From positions 496,001 to 560,000 of the forward strand of contig JAXLNO010001166.1 in the NCBI GenBank assembly GCA_038087875.1: a stretch of 64,000 bases of DNA. The letters are read 5' to 3'. The position numbers were made by a program, and so were the translations under genes. Each line of letters opens with the position of its first letter. Position 1 is the first letter of the stretch. The notes beneath the pieces are model-generated. The model had not been told where the DNA came from. It ran no database searches and worked only from the letters and a program-made list of their open reading frames with translations. Shown one piece after another: positions 1 through 11,659 of this stretch. Origin of the DNA: Malacoraja senta. Lineage: Eukaryota.

Positions 1-789
1 AACTTGTTCAACCTTTCTCTGTAACTTAGTTGCTGAAACCCAGGCAACATTCTAGTAAATCTCCTCTGTACTTAAATACCGACATCTGTGGAGTTTGCAT
101 GTTGTTCCTGTGACCATGTGGGTTTCCCCAGGTGCTCTGGTTTCCTCCCACATCCCCAAAACATGGTTTGGGGTTAGTTGTCCCCTGGATTGTGCATGAT
201 ACAATGTGGGGAGAGCTGATGAGAATGTAGGACAAATGTAGGACTAGTGTACTTGAATGGTTGGTGCAGGTCAGTGGGACAAAGGCCATGTATATATATT
301 TCCATGACTCTTTATGATGTAGATGCTGACTATTTTTGAATTATAAGATTGGAAAAGACTGTGAGGGATGGTGCTAGAGTAACTCAGCAGGTCAGGCAAC
401 ATATAGGTGACATTCTGGTTCGTGACTCTTCAGGCAAATTGCAATGGGTATTCCTCCGCTTAAGTCTGATAGTAGTGCACAGATGCACCTCGACCACTGA
501 CGTGCTCAACAAGTGCCCCAATGAGTTGAATTAAAGTATGTTTGGAGTAACATGCAGCAGTCCTTAAAATCTACAATTTCCTAAATCCCAAGAGAGCTGG
601 ATGATCAGGGATTTAGTGTAAATTCAGTCATCTATATCACTGGTTTCTTGCCTGTGATCACACTGTTGTAAGATATATTCTGGTGATGAATTGCAGTTCA
701 CTTTCCTCCTGTGTAAAGGAGTTATTGTGTTGAATATAACAAGTGGAAGGGAAAGTCAGTGTAGGATTTAGAGTTTGTACATAATGCAG

Positions 790-1083
790 CATGGTAGTGC
801 AGCTGGTAGAACTGCTGCCTCACAACGCCAGAGACCCAAATTCAATCTGGACCTCGGGTACTGTCTACGTGGAGTTTGCACGTTCTCCTTGTGACTATGT
901 TGGCTTCCTCAGGGAGCTCCGGTTTCCTCCCATATCCCAAAGATGAGCAGGTGTGCAGGTAATCATCATCGGTTAGTCACCCTGATAGTGTAGGGGGTGG
1001 ATGGGAAATCTATTATGAATGGGCGATTGCTGGTTAGTATGGATTTGGTGCCACAAATGGCCTGTTTACACACTGTATCACTG
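790..1083 (+). mobile_element. tRNA-derived SINE (HE1/V-SINE-like), near full length; a partial copy also lies at ~90-300
   Basis: Head 'gcagctggtagaactgctgcctcacaacgccagagaccc', core 'ggagtttgcacgttctccttgtgac...ggtttcctcccatatcccaaag', tail 'ggcctgtttacacactgtatc'. The same family recurs many times in the window. Confidence 0.75.
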
Positions 1084-1263
1084 TTTTCAAGAGAGAGTTA
1101 AATTCAGCTCTTAGGGCTAAAGGAATCAAGGGATATGGGGAAAAAGCCGGATCGGAGTACTAATTTTGGATGATCAGCCATGATTGTATTGAATGGCGGT
1201 GCTGGCTCAAAGGGCCGAATAGCCTATTCCTGCACCTATTTTTTTTATGTTTCTATCTTTCTA
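1084..1263 (+). mobile_element. CR1 LINE 3' end fragment
   Basis: 'aaaggaatcaagggatatgggg...gaatggcggtgctggctcaaagggccgaatagcctattcctgcacct' followed by a (tttctat)-like tail; matches other CR1 3' ends in the window. Confidence 0.75.
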
Positions 1264-1799
1264 TTAAACTAACTAAATTGGAAGACAGAAGGTATTGACT
1301 GATGCATCTTCACGCCAGCTGTAAATGTCATAAACTGTGAGAATTGATTGCAAATGTTATACAATATTATAAAATAAACTGGGTGATCAAAATGTCAAGA
1401 TGGATGAAGAGCAGAGTTTTCATTGAAATAACAGACGTGCTGATTTCTCGAGCACTTGGCCTTGGTTGTGTAATATTTCCTCTTCAAAATACAATGTTCC
1501 CTGGCATTGCTGGTCTGAGACACCATTCAGCAAGTATATTTCCTGAAACGGAGGTTCTGCTTTCATGGTATCAAGATGTCTAACAGCTCCAGCACCCAGA
1601 TCAGGACCAAGCCATTTCTCACCTTGCCAAAACTAAGAATGTAGCAACAATTTAGTCATTGAACATCAACGACATGCATATTTGAACTGAGGCAATGGTT
1701 AGCTTATTATCACTGTAAACCAGTCGTGGTCATGGGTCTGCCATTGTGGTCACTATTAGTGAGGGTGATTAACTATCATTTAGCAGTGAAACGGAAAAG

Positions 1800-2185
1800 A
1801 ATTGGCTTTTCAAGCCCACGGAGCCATAGAGTCATACGGCATGGAAATGGGCCCTTTGCCTCAACTTGGCCATGCCAACCAAGATGCCATGTTCAAACTA
1901 CAATTTACCTGCAATTGACCCATATCTGACTGAACCTTTCCTATGTACAGTATGTACCTTTCCTAGTGTGTTCTAAAATGTTTTTTAATACCTGACTCAA
2001 CTCCTTCCCCTGGAATGTTCTTCCATATTTCCACTTCCTCTGGTTCCGAGTAACTCGTTTCCTTCTCACCTCAAACCTAAGTCCTCTGGTTCTTGATTAC
2101 ACAAGGCTGGTTAAAAGATTCTGTGCATTCAATCTATCTATGCTCCTTGATTTTGTAAACTTCTATAAGATCACCCCTCAGCCTC
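1800..2185 (-). mobile_element. CR1 LINE 3' fragment (degenerate)
   Basis: Reverse complement resembles the CR1 3' ends seen elsewhere ('ctataagatcacccctcagcctcc' on +). Confidence 0.6.
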
Positions 2186-5100
2186 CAAAAAACAAAAACA
2201 AAAATAAAACATAAAAAACAGAGCAAAAAGAATAATGATAAACATAACAATGGTATTGATACATAGGGATCAGGATTAAACACATTAATAACAGGTATAA
2301 CCTAATATGAGACCAGTGTCAAAATACACAATGAATATAGACCTCCTATGTAAATATAGTTAAATCTTTAAAAGGAAACATAAATGTAAAAAAAAGCAAA
2401 GATGAAAAGACAAAAAGCAAAGCAGAGCAAAACCGAATCTGAACTGAGAAATTCAACAATTTAAGTCTGTTTGTAGTTAAGTCCGTTCCACCCTATGAAG
2501 GTAAAATAATTTTTATAAAGGTTAAAGAGGGAACAATTTATGTTGTATGAAAGTGTTCAATAAATTTTCCCCAAGTCTTATCAAATTTAACCAAGGGTTC
2601 AACAATGTCACTTCTGATTTTCTCTAAATTTAAACATGATCTTTTGACATATGAGCTCTGTGGACCACCTTGAATTGTATCAAAGCGTGTCTTGCACACA
2701 TTGTAGAGGTATTAACTAATTGAAGGATCCTCTCCCATTTCTCTATAGATAAAGAAATTTGGAGTTCTCTTTCCCAGTCATTCTTAATTTTATCAAATGT
2801 ATCTATTTGCAATTTTAAAATCAATCATGAATAGTCGTTATTAATCCTTTCTGATAAGGGTTCAACTGTAAAAAAAATCCAAAATTTCGGGTTGATGTGG
2901 TAGCGGAAAAAGGGGTAGTTCCTTTTGTCTAATTTGTAAATATCTAAAAAAGTGTGAATTAGGTAAGTTATATTTATTGGACAGTTGTTCGAAAGACATA
3001 AAACAACCCTCCAAAAACAAATCACGAAAAGCTACTAATCCCTTCCTCTTCCATAACAAAAAAACTTGATCAGTACTAGATGGTTGGAAGAGAAATTTGG
3101 ATAAAATCCGATAGTTCAAAAAACTTATGAAATTGAAACCGTATTCGGAACGTATGTCTTATTATTGGGTTCGTCATATATTTATTCAATCTCGTAATTG
3201 TAAAAGGTAACGAGGTCCCGAGAATAGAAGCCAATTATAGCCCTTGTAAGGAATCACGTTCTAGGTTTATCCATCCAGGGCATTGGGTATCTTCTAAATC
3301 TTTTGTCCAAAATGTTAAATAACGAACATTGACTGCCCAATAGTATAGTTTAAGGTTTGGCAATGCCAAACCACCAACTTTTTTTGATTTCTGTAGGTAT
3401 TTTTTACCTAGTCTGGGATTTTTATTCTGCCATATATATGAAGAAATTTTAGAGTCTATAATATCAAAGAAAGATTTGGCAAAAAAATTGGTATCGTCTG
3501 AAATAAATACAGAAATTTAGGTAAAATGAACATTTTAATAGCATTGATTCGGCCAATTAAGGATAAGGACATTGGTGACCATTTAGTGAACTGATGTTTA
3601 ATATGGTCAATTAAAGGAATAAAATTAGCTTTAAATAAATCCTTGTGTTTCTTGGTGGTCTTAATACCTAAATAATTATTTAATGGGAAAGCTCACTCTT
3701 ACTAAGATTTAGTTTATAGCCAGAAAAACTACTGAATTGATTAAGTAATGCTACTATTGCCGGAATAGATTTCTCAGGGTTAGAAATAAATAATAACAGA
3801 TCATCTGCATAAAGAGATCGCTTGTGTGTCTTATTCCCGCGGACAATACCAAAAATATTAGGGGATTCCCTAATAGCAGTGGCTAAAGTTTCCAAAGCAA
3901 TATCAAATAGTAAAGGACTTAAGGGACAGCCCTGTCTAGTACCTTGAAAGAGCCTGAAAAAAGGGGATCTCTGAATATTAGTAAATACAGAAGCCTGAGG
4001 TATAAGATATATCAGTTTGATCCAAGAGATAAATTTTGGACCAATCTTAACTTTTTCAAGTATATTGAATAAGTATTCCATTCTACTCTATCAATAGCCT
4101 TCTCGGCATCAAGTGAGATGACACATTCTGGGGTTTTATTAGACGCTGTATATACAATATTTATTAATCTCCTAACATTAAAGAATGAGTAACGATTTTT
4201 AATAAAACCTGTCTGATCTTCAGAGATAATTTGCGATAAAATCTTTTCCAATCTCATAGCTAATATTTTGGAAAGAATTTTAAAATCTACATTTAACATT
4301 GATATAGGTCTATATGATGTTACTTCAGTAGGGTCTTTATCTTTTTTTTAAATTAAAGAAATAGATGCTTCATAAAAAGATTGTGGTAATCTATTCCTTA
4401 AAAAGGCTTCTTTAAATACCTTGCATAGCCATGGAGACAATAAATCTGAGAAATACTTTAAAAATTCTACTGTAAACCCATCTAAACCGGGAGCTATACC
4501 AGAATTCATTGAACAAATTGCTTTCTGTATTTCATCTTCTGTGATGGGTTCATCTAACAACAGAGACTCATTGTATGGTAAATTTGGTAAGTTCAGTTTC
4601 TTTAAAAACTCATGCATTATATTAGCATCAGTAGGAAAATCTGATTGGTATAGGGAGGTATAAACTTCCTGAAAGGATTTATTAATTTCGTCATGGTCTA
4701 CAGTTACTGTACCATCCCGTTTACTCACTTTAGTAATCTGACGCTTGGCCAACACTGCTTCAATTGATTAGCAAGTAATTTTCCAGATTTTTAGCCATTT
4801 ATATAAAATTTACTTTTGGTTTTAAGCAACTGGTTCTCAATCGGTGATACTAATAACAAATCATATCTCAATTGAAGTTCAACTCTATTCTTATAGAGCT
4901 CTAAACTAGGAGCTTTTGAATTTTTTTTATCAATTTCTTTAATCTCGTCAGCCAATGTGCGTATTTCTTTTTGTGTTTGTTTTTTTAATCCCGCGGAGTA
5001 TGAAATAATTTGTCCACGAATATATGCCTTAAAAGCATCCCAAACTATACCATTGGATATCTCTTCATTAGAGTTTGTCAAGAAGTAAAAATCAATCTGA

Positions 5101-5810
5101 TCTTTCATAAACTTAATAATAAAGTTTAAGTCTTGAAGCAAAGTAGCATTAAATCGCCATTCTTTAGCACTAAACTTGGAATCTGGTAGTTTGATCAATA
5201 GTTTCACTGGTGCATGATCAGAAATAGCAATTGTATCATACTCACATGCAATGACCGATGGAACTAGCCGAGAATCTATTATGAAGTAGTCAATCCTAGA
5301 ATAACTATGATATACATGAGAGAAAAATGAAAATTCTTTGTCATTTGCGTGTAAGAATCTCAAAATTTCTAACATTCCCGAGTCAAGTAAAAAACAATTA
5401 ATAAAATTAGCTGATTTATTTGGAAGCACATGATCAGATGTAGACCTATCAATCGAGGGATTCAAACAGCAATTGAAGTCTCCACCCATTATTAAAAAGT
5501 GTTCATTTAAATTAGGAAAGGATGCAATTAACTGTGTAAAAAACTCAGGGTGATCAATATTTGGTGCATAGACATTCACCATAGCGACTTTTTGCCTATA
5601 AAGGACACCGGTAATCACCAAGAATCTGCCATATGGATCAGAAATTGTTTCATGGTGAACAAACGGAATTGAGGGGTCAATAAAAATAGAGACTCCTTTC
5701 ACCTTAGCCTGTGAATTTGAATGAAACTGCTGTCCTCTCCAAAACTTGAAAAATCGTGACTTGTCATCTTGCCTTACATGAGTTTCTTGAACAAAGATAA
5801 TCTGATAGGA
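2186..5810 (-). mobile_element. L1-clade LINE ORF2 (APE endonuclease + RT + C-terminal domain), 5'-truncated and frameshifted
   Basis: ORF pieces show APE motifs (QETH, NVYAPN, MGGDFN, SRIDYF, SDHAP), RT motifs (LNVDFKIL, DQTGFI, LDAEKA, GTRQGCPLSPLLF, YADD) and a C-terminal 'W..IL..VN....CARHALIQFKVVHR' segment. Several frame breaks. Confidence 0.93.
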
Positions 5811-6519
5811 TAATCTGATGGCCTGATAGGATGAATGGTCTCCATCAGCACAGTAAACATTTAAATGATCCATTGATTTGTATTCATCATTGTATATCAA
5901 ATAAACTTAGGGATACGGAAGGAGAAATATTTTGGCCTGTTTATATGGTGCAAAATAACCCACCCCAGAACAATAAATAGTAGTGAATTTACACTTAATA
6001 TTACCTGTCACTGAAGCAGAGTGCAGAGGTTCTCAAATTCATTTAAGAAATCGTATTAAGGCGACTGTATAGAAAATGGTGGGTATTGCTTGGCTGCAAG
6101 ATGGGAGTAGTATTGTAGTGGTAGTGATGAGGTGTTTTGATGGCAGTGATCATAATTTAGCATGATTAAAGTAGCAATGTACACTAGGAATGCAGGTTCG
6201 CAGCTGAGGTGAAAACATTTCCAAGACTGCAACATAATTTAACAGAAATGTAATACAAAATGTAATAAAATAGGGCAATTAAATGGTAACAGTTAACAGA
6301 TCTCTGGGGATACTAGAAACTGCCGATATTTAATTGTTGAGCAAAACTGTTGGAGGAACAGTGGGTCAGGCAACATCTGTGGGATGGAATGAACCAACGA
6401 CATTTCAGGCTGGAACTCTTGTTCAGACTGGTGACTTCAAAACGTTGTCAGTCGATTCCCACCACAGACGCTGCCTGACACACTGAATTCTTCATGCACT
6501 TTGTTTTTAACACACCAGC

Positions 6520-7430
6520 TGGAAAGAGTCCAGAGAAGATTTACAAGGAGATTTGATAGTGGCATTTGAAGTCTTTAGAAAGGCATAGATATGCAGGGAA
6601 AGGATGGATATGGAACATGTGTTGGTGGAGGAGATTAGTTCAACTTGGCATCACGTTCGGAACAGAAGGTGTGGGCCCAAGGACCTGTTCCTATGCTGAA
6701 CTGTTCTGCAAGTCACTGAGTCTATGTTTAGGGAGGGTGAGGTTGAGAAGGCTCTGATTTCAATAGACAATAGGTGCAGGAGTAGGCCATTCGATCCTTC
6801 GAGCCAGCACCGCCATTCAATGTGATCATGGCTGATCATCCCCAATCAGTACCCCGTTCCTGCCTTCTCCCCATATCCCCTGACTCCGCTATTTTTAAGA
6901 GCCCTATCTAGCTCTCTCTTGAAAGCATCCAGAGAACCTGCCTCCACCGCCCTCTGAGGCAGAGCATTCCACAGACTCACCACTCTCTGTGAGAAAAAGT
7001 GTTTCCTCGTCTCCGTTCTAAATGGCTTACTCCTTATTCTTAAACTGTGGCCCCTGGTTCTGGAACTGTGGCCCCTGGTTCTGGATTTCATTCCTTAGAG
7101 TGCAAAAGGATGGGGTGATCTGAAAGGTTTACAAAATTATGTGAGCAATCAATCAGGTAAATGCGCATGAGTTTTTTGCCCACAATAGGGGACTCGAGAA
7201 CCAGAGGATATAGATTTACGGTGAGAGGTGGGTGAGTGTGGAGATTTAATAGGAACCTGGGGATAACATTTTACACAAAGAGTGGTGGGTATATGGAACG
7301 AGCTGCCAGAGGAGGTGGTTGAGACAGGTACTATCATAACAATCAACAGACAATTGGACAGGTACATGCATAGGATAGGTTGAGAGGGTTATGAGCCAAG
7401 CGTGGGGAGTTGGGACTAATGTGCCGAAAA
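6520..7430. mobile_element. Cluster of CR1 3' fragments in alternating orientation (+ ~6520-6750, - ~6760-7085, + ~7100-7430)
   Basis: The minus piece reads SRTRGHSLRIRSKPFRTETRKHFFSQRVVSLWNALPQRAVEA, the CR1 ORF2 C-terminus. The plus pieces carry the same kind of end. Confidence 0.8.
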
Positions 7431-7640
7431 GCCCGTTTCAACGCACTGTGATTCGATGACTCTATCCCACTTTGGCACCTTACATATCTTACTAGGGGCA
7501 ATTTACAGGGGGGCAATTAACCTATAAACCTGCACGAGTTTGGAATGTGGGTGGAGACCAGCGCCCAGAGAAAACCCACGTACGACGTTCACGCAGACAG
7601 CGTCCGTAGTCGGGATCAAACCCGGGTCTCTGACGCTGCG
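7430..7640 (-). mobile_element. tRNA-derived SINE
   Basis: On +: 'aattaacctataaacctgcacgagtttggaatgtggg...gtagtcgggatcaaacccgggtctctg', the reverse of the SINE body. Confidence 0.7.
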
Positions 7641-8974
7641 AGGCATCCGTTCGACTGCTGCGAATTTTGTTTGTATTTTCTGATTTAAATCAAAGATTTT
7701 GGTATAGATATGAGTTCCATGTTTAGGAAATGTGTGAATGTCAGCGACGTTGTTTGCAGGTGTAGTATTAGGCAAGATGTAAACTGCCTTAACACTCAAT
7801 AACATTACCAAGCTAACTCCTCCTCCATCAATCTCTGTTCAAATAATAATTGAATCACCGTCTTTTTGACCAGACAGTAGGACTCGCATGAACTTGGAAG
7901 CTGCAGGTGCTTATGTCCTGGGAAAACGACTCATTTGGACTGGTGTTACGTTTGGCCACTGAATGGACGATTATAATCATTTTCCTCTGGACAGTGGAAT
8001 CAACACCCTTTCGCTTTCCAAGCGGGCAATTAGTGCTGTTCTCCCTTTGAAATCTACCGTGTAATAATAGCACCTGCAGATCGAGATCCAAATTGACCGC
8101 CATTCTGATTTGGAAATATGTCGCTGATCCTCAGTATTGCAAATGCAGAAACACCCCACGCCGACAGAATATTGTACTGGCGCCAGGAGGTCTTCAGCGG
8201 TGGAAAAAAGGATGGCTCTTCACCACGTCGTCAAAGGCAAAAAGGAAATTTTAATAAAACCTTGCTAAACACTGGGTGCTGCAATCGATAGATACAACGT
8301 ATTGGTTTATTATTGACACGGGTAACTAGATACAGTGAAAAAATCTTTGCGTGGTATTTAGCCAAATCATACTATGCATGAATACAATTAAGCCATACAT
8401 AAGTAATGTAAATATTTAAAAAATACCAGCGTGCAGAATATAGTGTTACAGCGTTCTGACGCTGCGCTTACAGCTAATGTGCAGATAAAATAAATGTACA
8501 AGTGTACATTGCCTAACGTAGACGGGCTCGGCGATTTGCAACGATGCATAAAAGGCTTCTATGAAAGATGATTCCCCCCCGGTTGTATGAAGCTGATATA
8601 GGGATGCGATGCATGAATTCATGATGGGACTGAGAGAGGGAGCTGTGTGCTGAGAAGTTTCGCGCATTTTAGTGAGTCTCTGTGCTACGTCAGGATGATA
8701 ATATTTCGATTTTGTGACATCACAAAGAAATACGGATGGTAATTGACAATATTAAAGGCTGTTCCATGGAGACGTCGCATAGAACATGACGAATAGCATT
8801 TACAAGATATGAACAAAGAACAACCTATCGGAGGAACTCTGTGGATCAGGCAGCATCTGTGCTGGGAGGGACAGATTAAGTTTCGTGTCGAAACCCTTGG
8901 CTTCCTTCAGAAATGTGGGGGTTTTCTCAGGATTCAAGCTTCGGCAACCTCTTGTGCCTCCATTTGCAAGACAT

Positions 8975-9260
8975 ATTGAATAATGAAAGGACTGGATAGA
9001 GTGTATGTGGAGGGAATGTTTCCACTATTGGGAAAGTGGAAACATTGTGGAATTGGGTGCTACAGAAGGCTGTGGAGGCCATGTCAATGGATATTTTTTC
9101 AGGTGGAGATGGATAAATTCTTGATTAGTGCGGGTGTCAGTGGTTAAGAGGAGAAGGCAGGAGAATGGGGTAAAGAATGAAAGATAGATCGGCCATAATT
9201 GAATGGAAGAGTAGTCATGATGGGCGGAATGGCCTAATTGTGCTCCTACAATTTGTCATT
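8975..9260 (+). mobile_element. CR1 3' fragment
   Basis: 'atgaaaggactggatagagtgtatgtggagggaatgtttcca...gggcggaatggcctaattgtgctcct'. Confidence 0.7.
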
Positions 9261-9439
9261 TTATGAACTTATGAAGACTGGTTGTTTTACGTGCCTTGGC
9301 CTCTTTAGGATAGTTGATAAATACTTCAGAGATGCTTTCGTGGAGTTGCTCTTGTTCGAAACACAAACGGCATGCCATTTATGCTCTGTCCAAACATGTT
9401 TTAATGTGCGACAACAGGTAAATTGATTTAGATAATAGA

Positions 9440-10349
9440 TTACGAAAAAACGCTAGGTGATCTCTGGTCCGAGGTTAGAACTAATTTATTCAATAAGGTA
9501 AAAGGATATTTCAGCGTATTCGTCAATGATTCTCTGAACCTTGCTAGAGCCACCGCATAAATAAATGTGTTTGTGCACGAACTCAGGCACTGCAGCATAT
9601 ACCCAGTGTGCTCCATAATGGCGAAAGGATCGTTGTAATCTGTGAGCATGAACTCAACGCCTGTAAATTGTGTGCATATGTAATGTACAAATGTTACCAT
9701 TCATAGCAGTATAAAACAGCTTGAGACGGTTTACAATCTCCGGATCAGTGCAACCCTTGCTTTTCCCGTCCCCCCCGGAGTCCCTTCCTTATCCGACTAG
9801 CCTGTAAAATATGTCTGGTGGTCAGGACATTAAGCAGCACAATCAAAAGGAAAGGTACAAACGGTGTTAAGGTGATGTCGAAGAAGAAGTATGCAACCCA
9901 TATTGGTAAACTGGAGAGGCTTGACATCACTTTGCAGAACCATGGCACGCTGTCAATGATCTCCTGGTGCTCGTTTTCAAAATAAATTGGGATATTTTCT
10001 ACAAAGCTTAATCCAGACACTGCCACAATAACTATGACGGCAGTTCTTTCAGTGCAATATTTTAATCTCAACTTCTAACAACAAATGGCGATGTATCGGT
10101 CAAATGTGAAGGCAACGGTTAGCCAGACCGAACAGTCAATGGCTGCGTACACCAGGGCAATTTTAAGGCAGCAAACGGGAGTATAATGCAAGAAGGAAAG
10201 CGGAACATACATGTCATTAATCTCATATAATACTACATCAAATATTATCACCAGTAGGTCTGCAACAGCCATGGGAACCATGTAACGTGTGATGCATTTG
10301 GAAAGACCACAGTTCCCACGATATAGAATCACAATCGCCATAAGATTAC
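9440..10349 (-). pseudogene. Class A GPCR pseudogene, GPR139/GPR142-like, main coding exon
   Basis: Translated pieces give TM1-TM7: NLMAIVILYRGNCGLSKCITRYMVPMAVADLLVII, TVAFTFDRYIAICC (DRY motif), KYCTERTA, LTPFVPFLLIVLLNVLT, LQCLSSCTNTFIYAV. Splice acceptor (ttcttgcag) at 10350-10351. Nonsense codons at 10075-10077 (TAG) and 9701-9703 (TGA), plus a frameshift/deletion at ~9710-9760. The short first exon was not found and may lie in the gap. Confidence 0.88.
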
Positions 10350-10569
10350 CTGCAAGAATATAAAGATGCGCAGTCACAGAGTATAACCACTTTGGACAAA
10401 ACGTTACTTGGCGATTAACTCCAAATCTTTCATAAATAAAACACAACGCGTTGGGGTAACTCGGCGGATAAGGTCTCGACCCGAAACGTCACCCATTCCT
10501 TCTCTCCATGATACCTGTCCCGCTGAATTACTCCAGCTTTTTGTGTATATCTTCGTTTTAAACCAGCAC

Positions 10570-10864
10570 NNNNNNNNNNNNNNNNNNNNNNNNNNNNNNN
10601 NNNNNNNNNNNNNNNNNNNNNNNNNNNNNNNNNNNNNNNNNNNNNNNNNNNNNNNNNNNNNNNNNNNNNNNNNNNNNNNNNNNNNNNNNNNNNNNNNNNN
10701 NNNNNNNNNNNNNNNNNNNNNNNNNNNNNNNNNNNNNNNNNNNNNNNNNNNNNNNNNNNNNNNNNNNNNNNNNNNNNNNNNNNNNNNNNNNNNNNNNNNN
10801 NNNNNNNNNNNNNNNNNNNNNNNNNNNNNNNNNNNNNNNNNNNNNNNNNNNNNNNNNNNNNNNN
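10570..10864. other. Assembly gap (N run)
   Basis: 295 N characters. Confidence 1.
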
Positions 10865-11149
10865 TGGCTCATGTGGAGTGCATTTGGTGGAATTTGAACA
10901 AGTGGCATATTTTCTACAGCTGACGATTTCTCCCCTCTTGATTTCAATGCAAGTAATAACAAAACATGGAGAGATATTACATTGGGTTTATGATCTTAGA
11001 CGAGATGTGAAAATCGTGCTTTGCATTTCCATTAACGTTAATTTGAGGGTTTGTTTGTATCAATGCTACATTATCTGCCAGCATTAGGATTGTATTAGAG
11101 GGTATTCGCTGTAAGTCTTGTTTGTACAGAATTGGATTGTTTTCTCTGG

Positions 11150-11490
11150 AAAGACATAGGTAGAGCTGAGTTCTGATAAAGTATATAACATTTTGAGATG
11201 TAAAGATATGGTAGGCAGACGAAAATATTTTTCTCCCCAGTTGAAGGGAAAGGCGAAAGGGCATAACTTTAAAATGAAAGGGGAAACGTTTGACAGTGAG
11301 GGTGGTTGGTGCCTGGAATGCGCTGCCACATGTGGCGGTGGGCGGATGCAATAACGACGTTGAAGAGGGTTTTAGATAGGCACGTGGGTATGCAGGGAAT
11401 GGATCATGTGCAGGCAAATTAGGTTACTTTATCTTCACATCATGTTCAGCACCGACATTGTCAGTTCATGTGCTGGAATGTTCCATGTTC
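11150..11490 (+). mobile_element. CR1 3' fragment (degenerate)
   Basis: 'gggcataactttaaaatgaaagggg...ggtgcctggaatgcgctgcca' is a CR1 C-terminal coding remnant. Confidence 0.65.
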
Positions 11491-11659
11491 TGAGCCTTCA
11501 AATTACTCTCCGACATGAAAAATGCCCAGAAGAATCAGCCAAGCATTGGAGATCGCGCAATGGTCTCATTAACAAACGTAATAAACCGAGGAATTAACCA
11601 TTCGTCGAAAAGATTCCGTGTTCTGCATGGACTGAATATAGAAACAAACAAAAAGGCAA

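Noticed and set aside
5990-6070. Possible minus-strand exon ending at a cag|gtaat donor near 6004
   Set aside because: No convincing reading frame, acceptor or family motif.
7043-7084. Short tandem duplications in CR1 remnants (21 bp here, ~120 bp at 25175-25370, 27 bp near 61615-61665)
   Set aside because: Ordinary slippage or LINE end duplications with no sign of function.
7855-8159. Minus-strand ORFs downstream of the GPCR as a second receptor fragment
   Set aside because: No TM segments or GPCR motifs.
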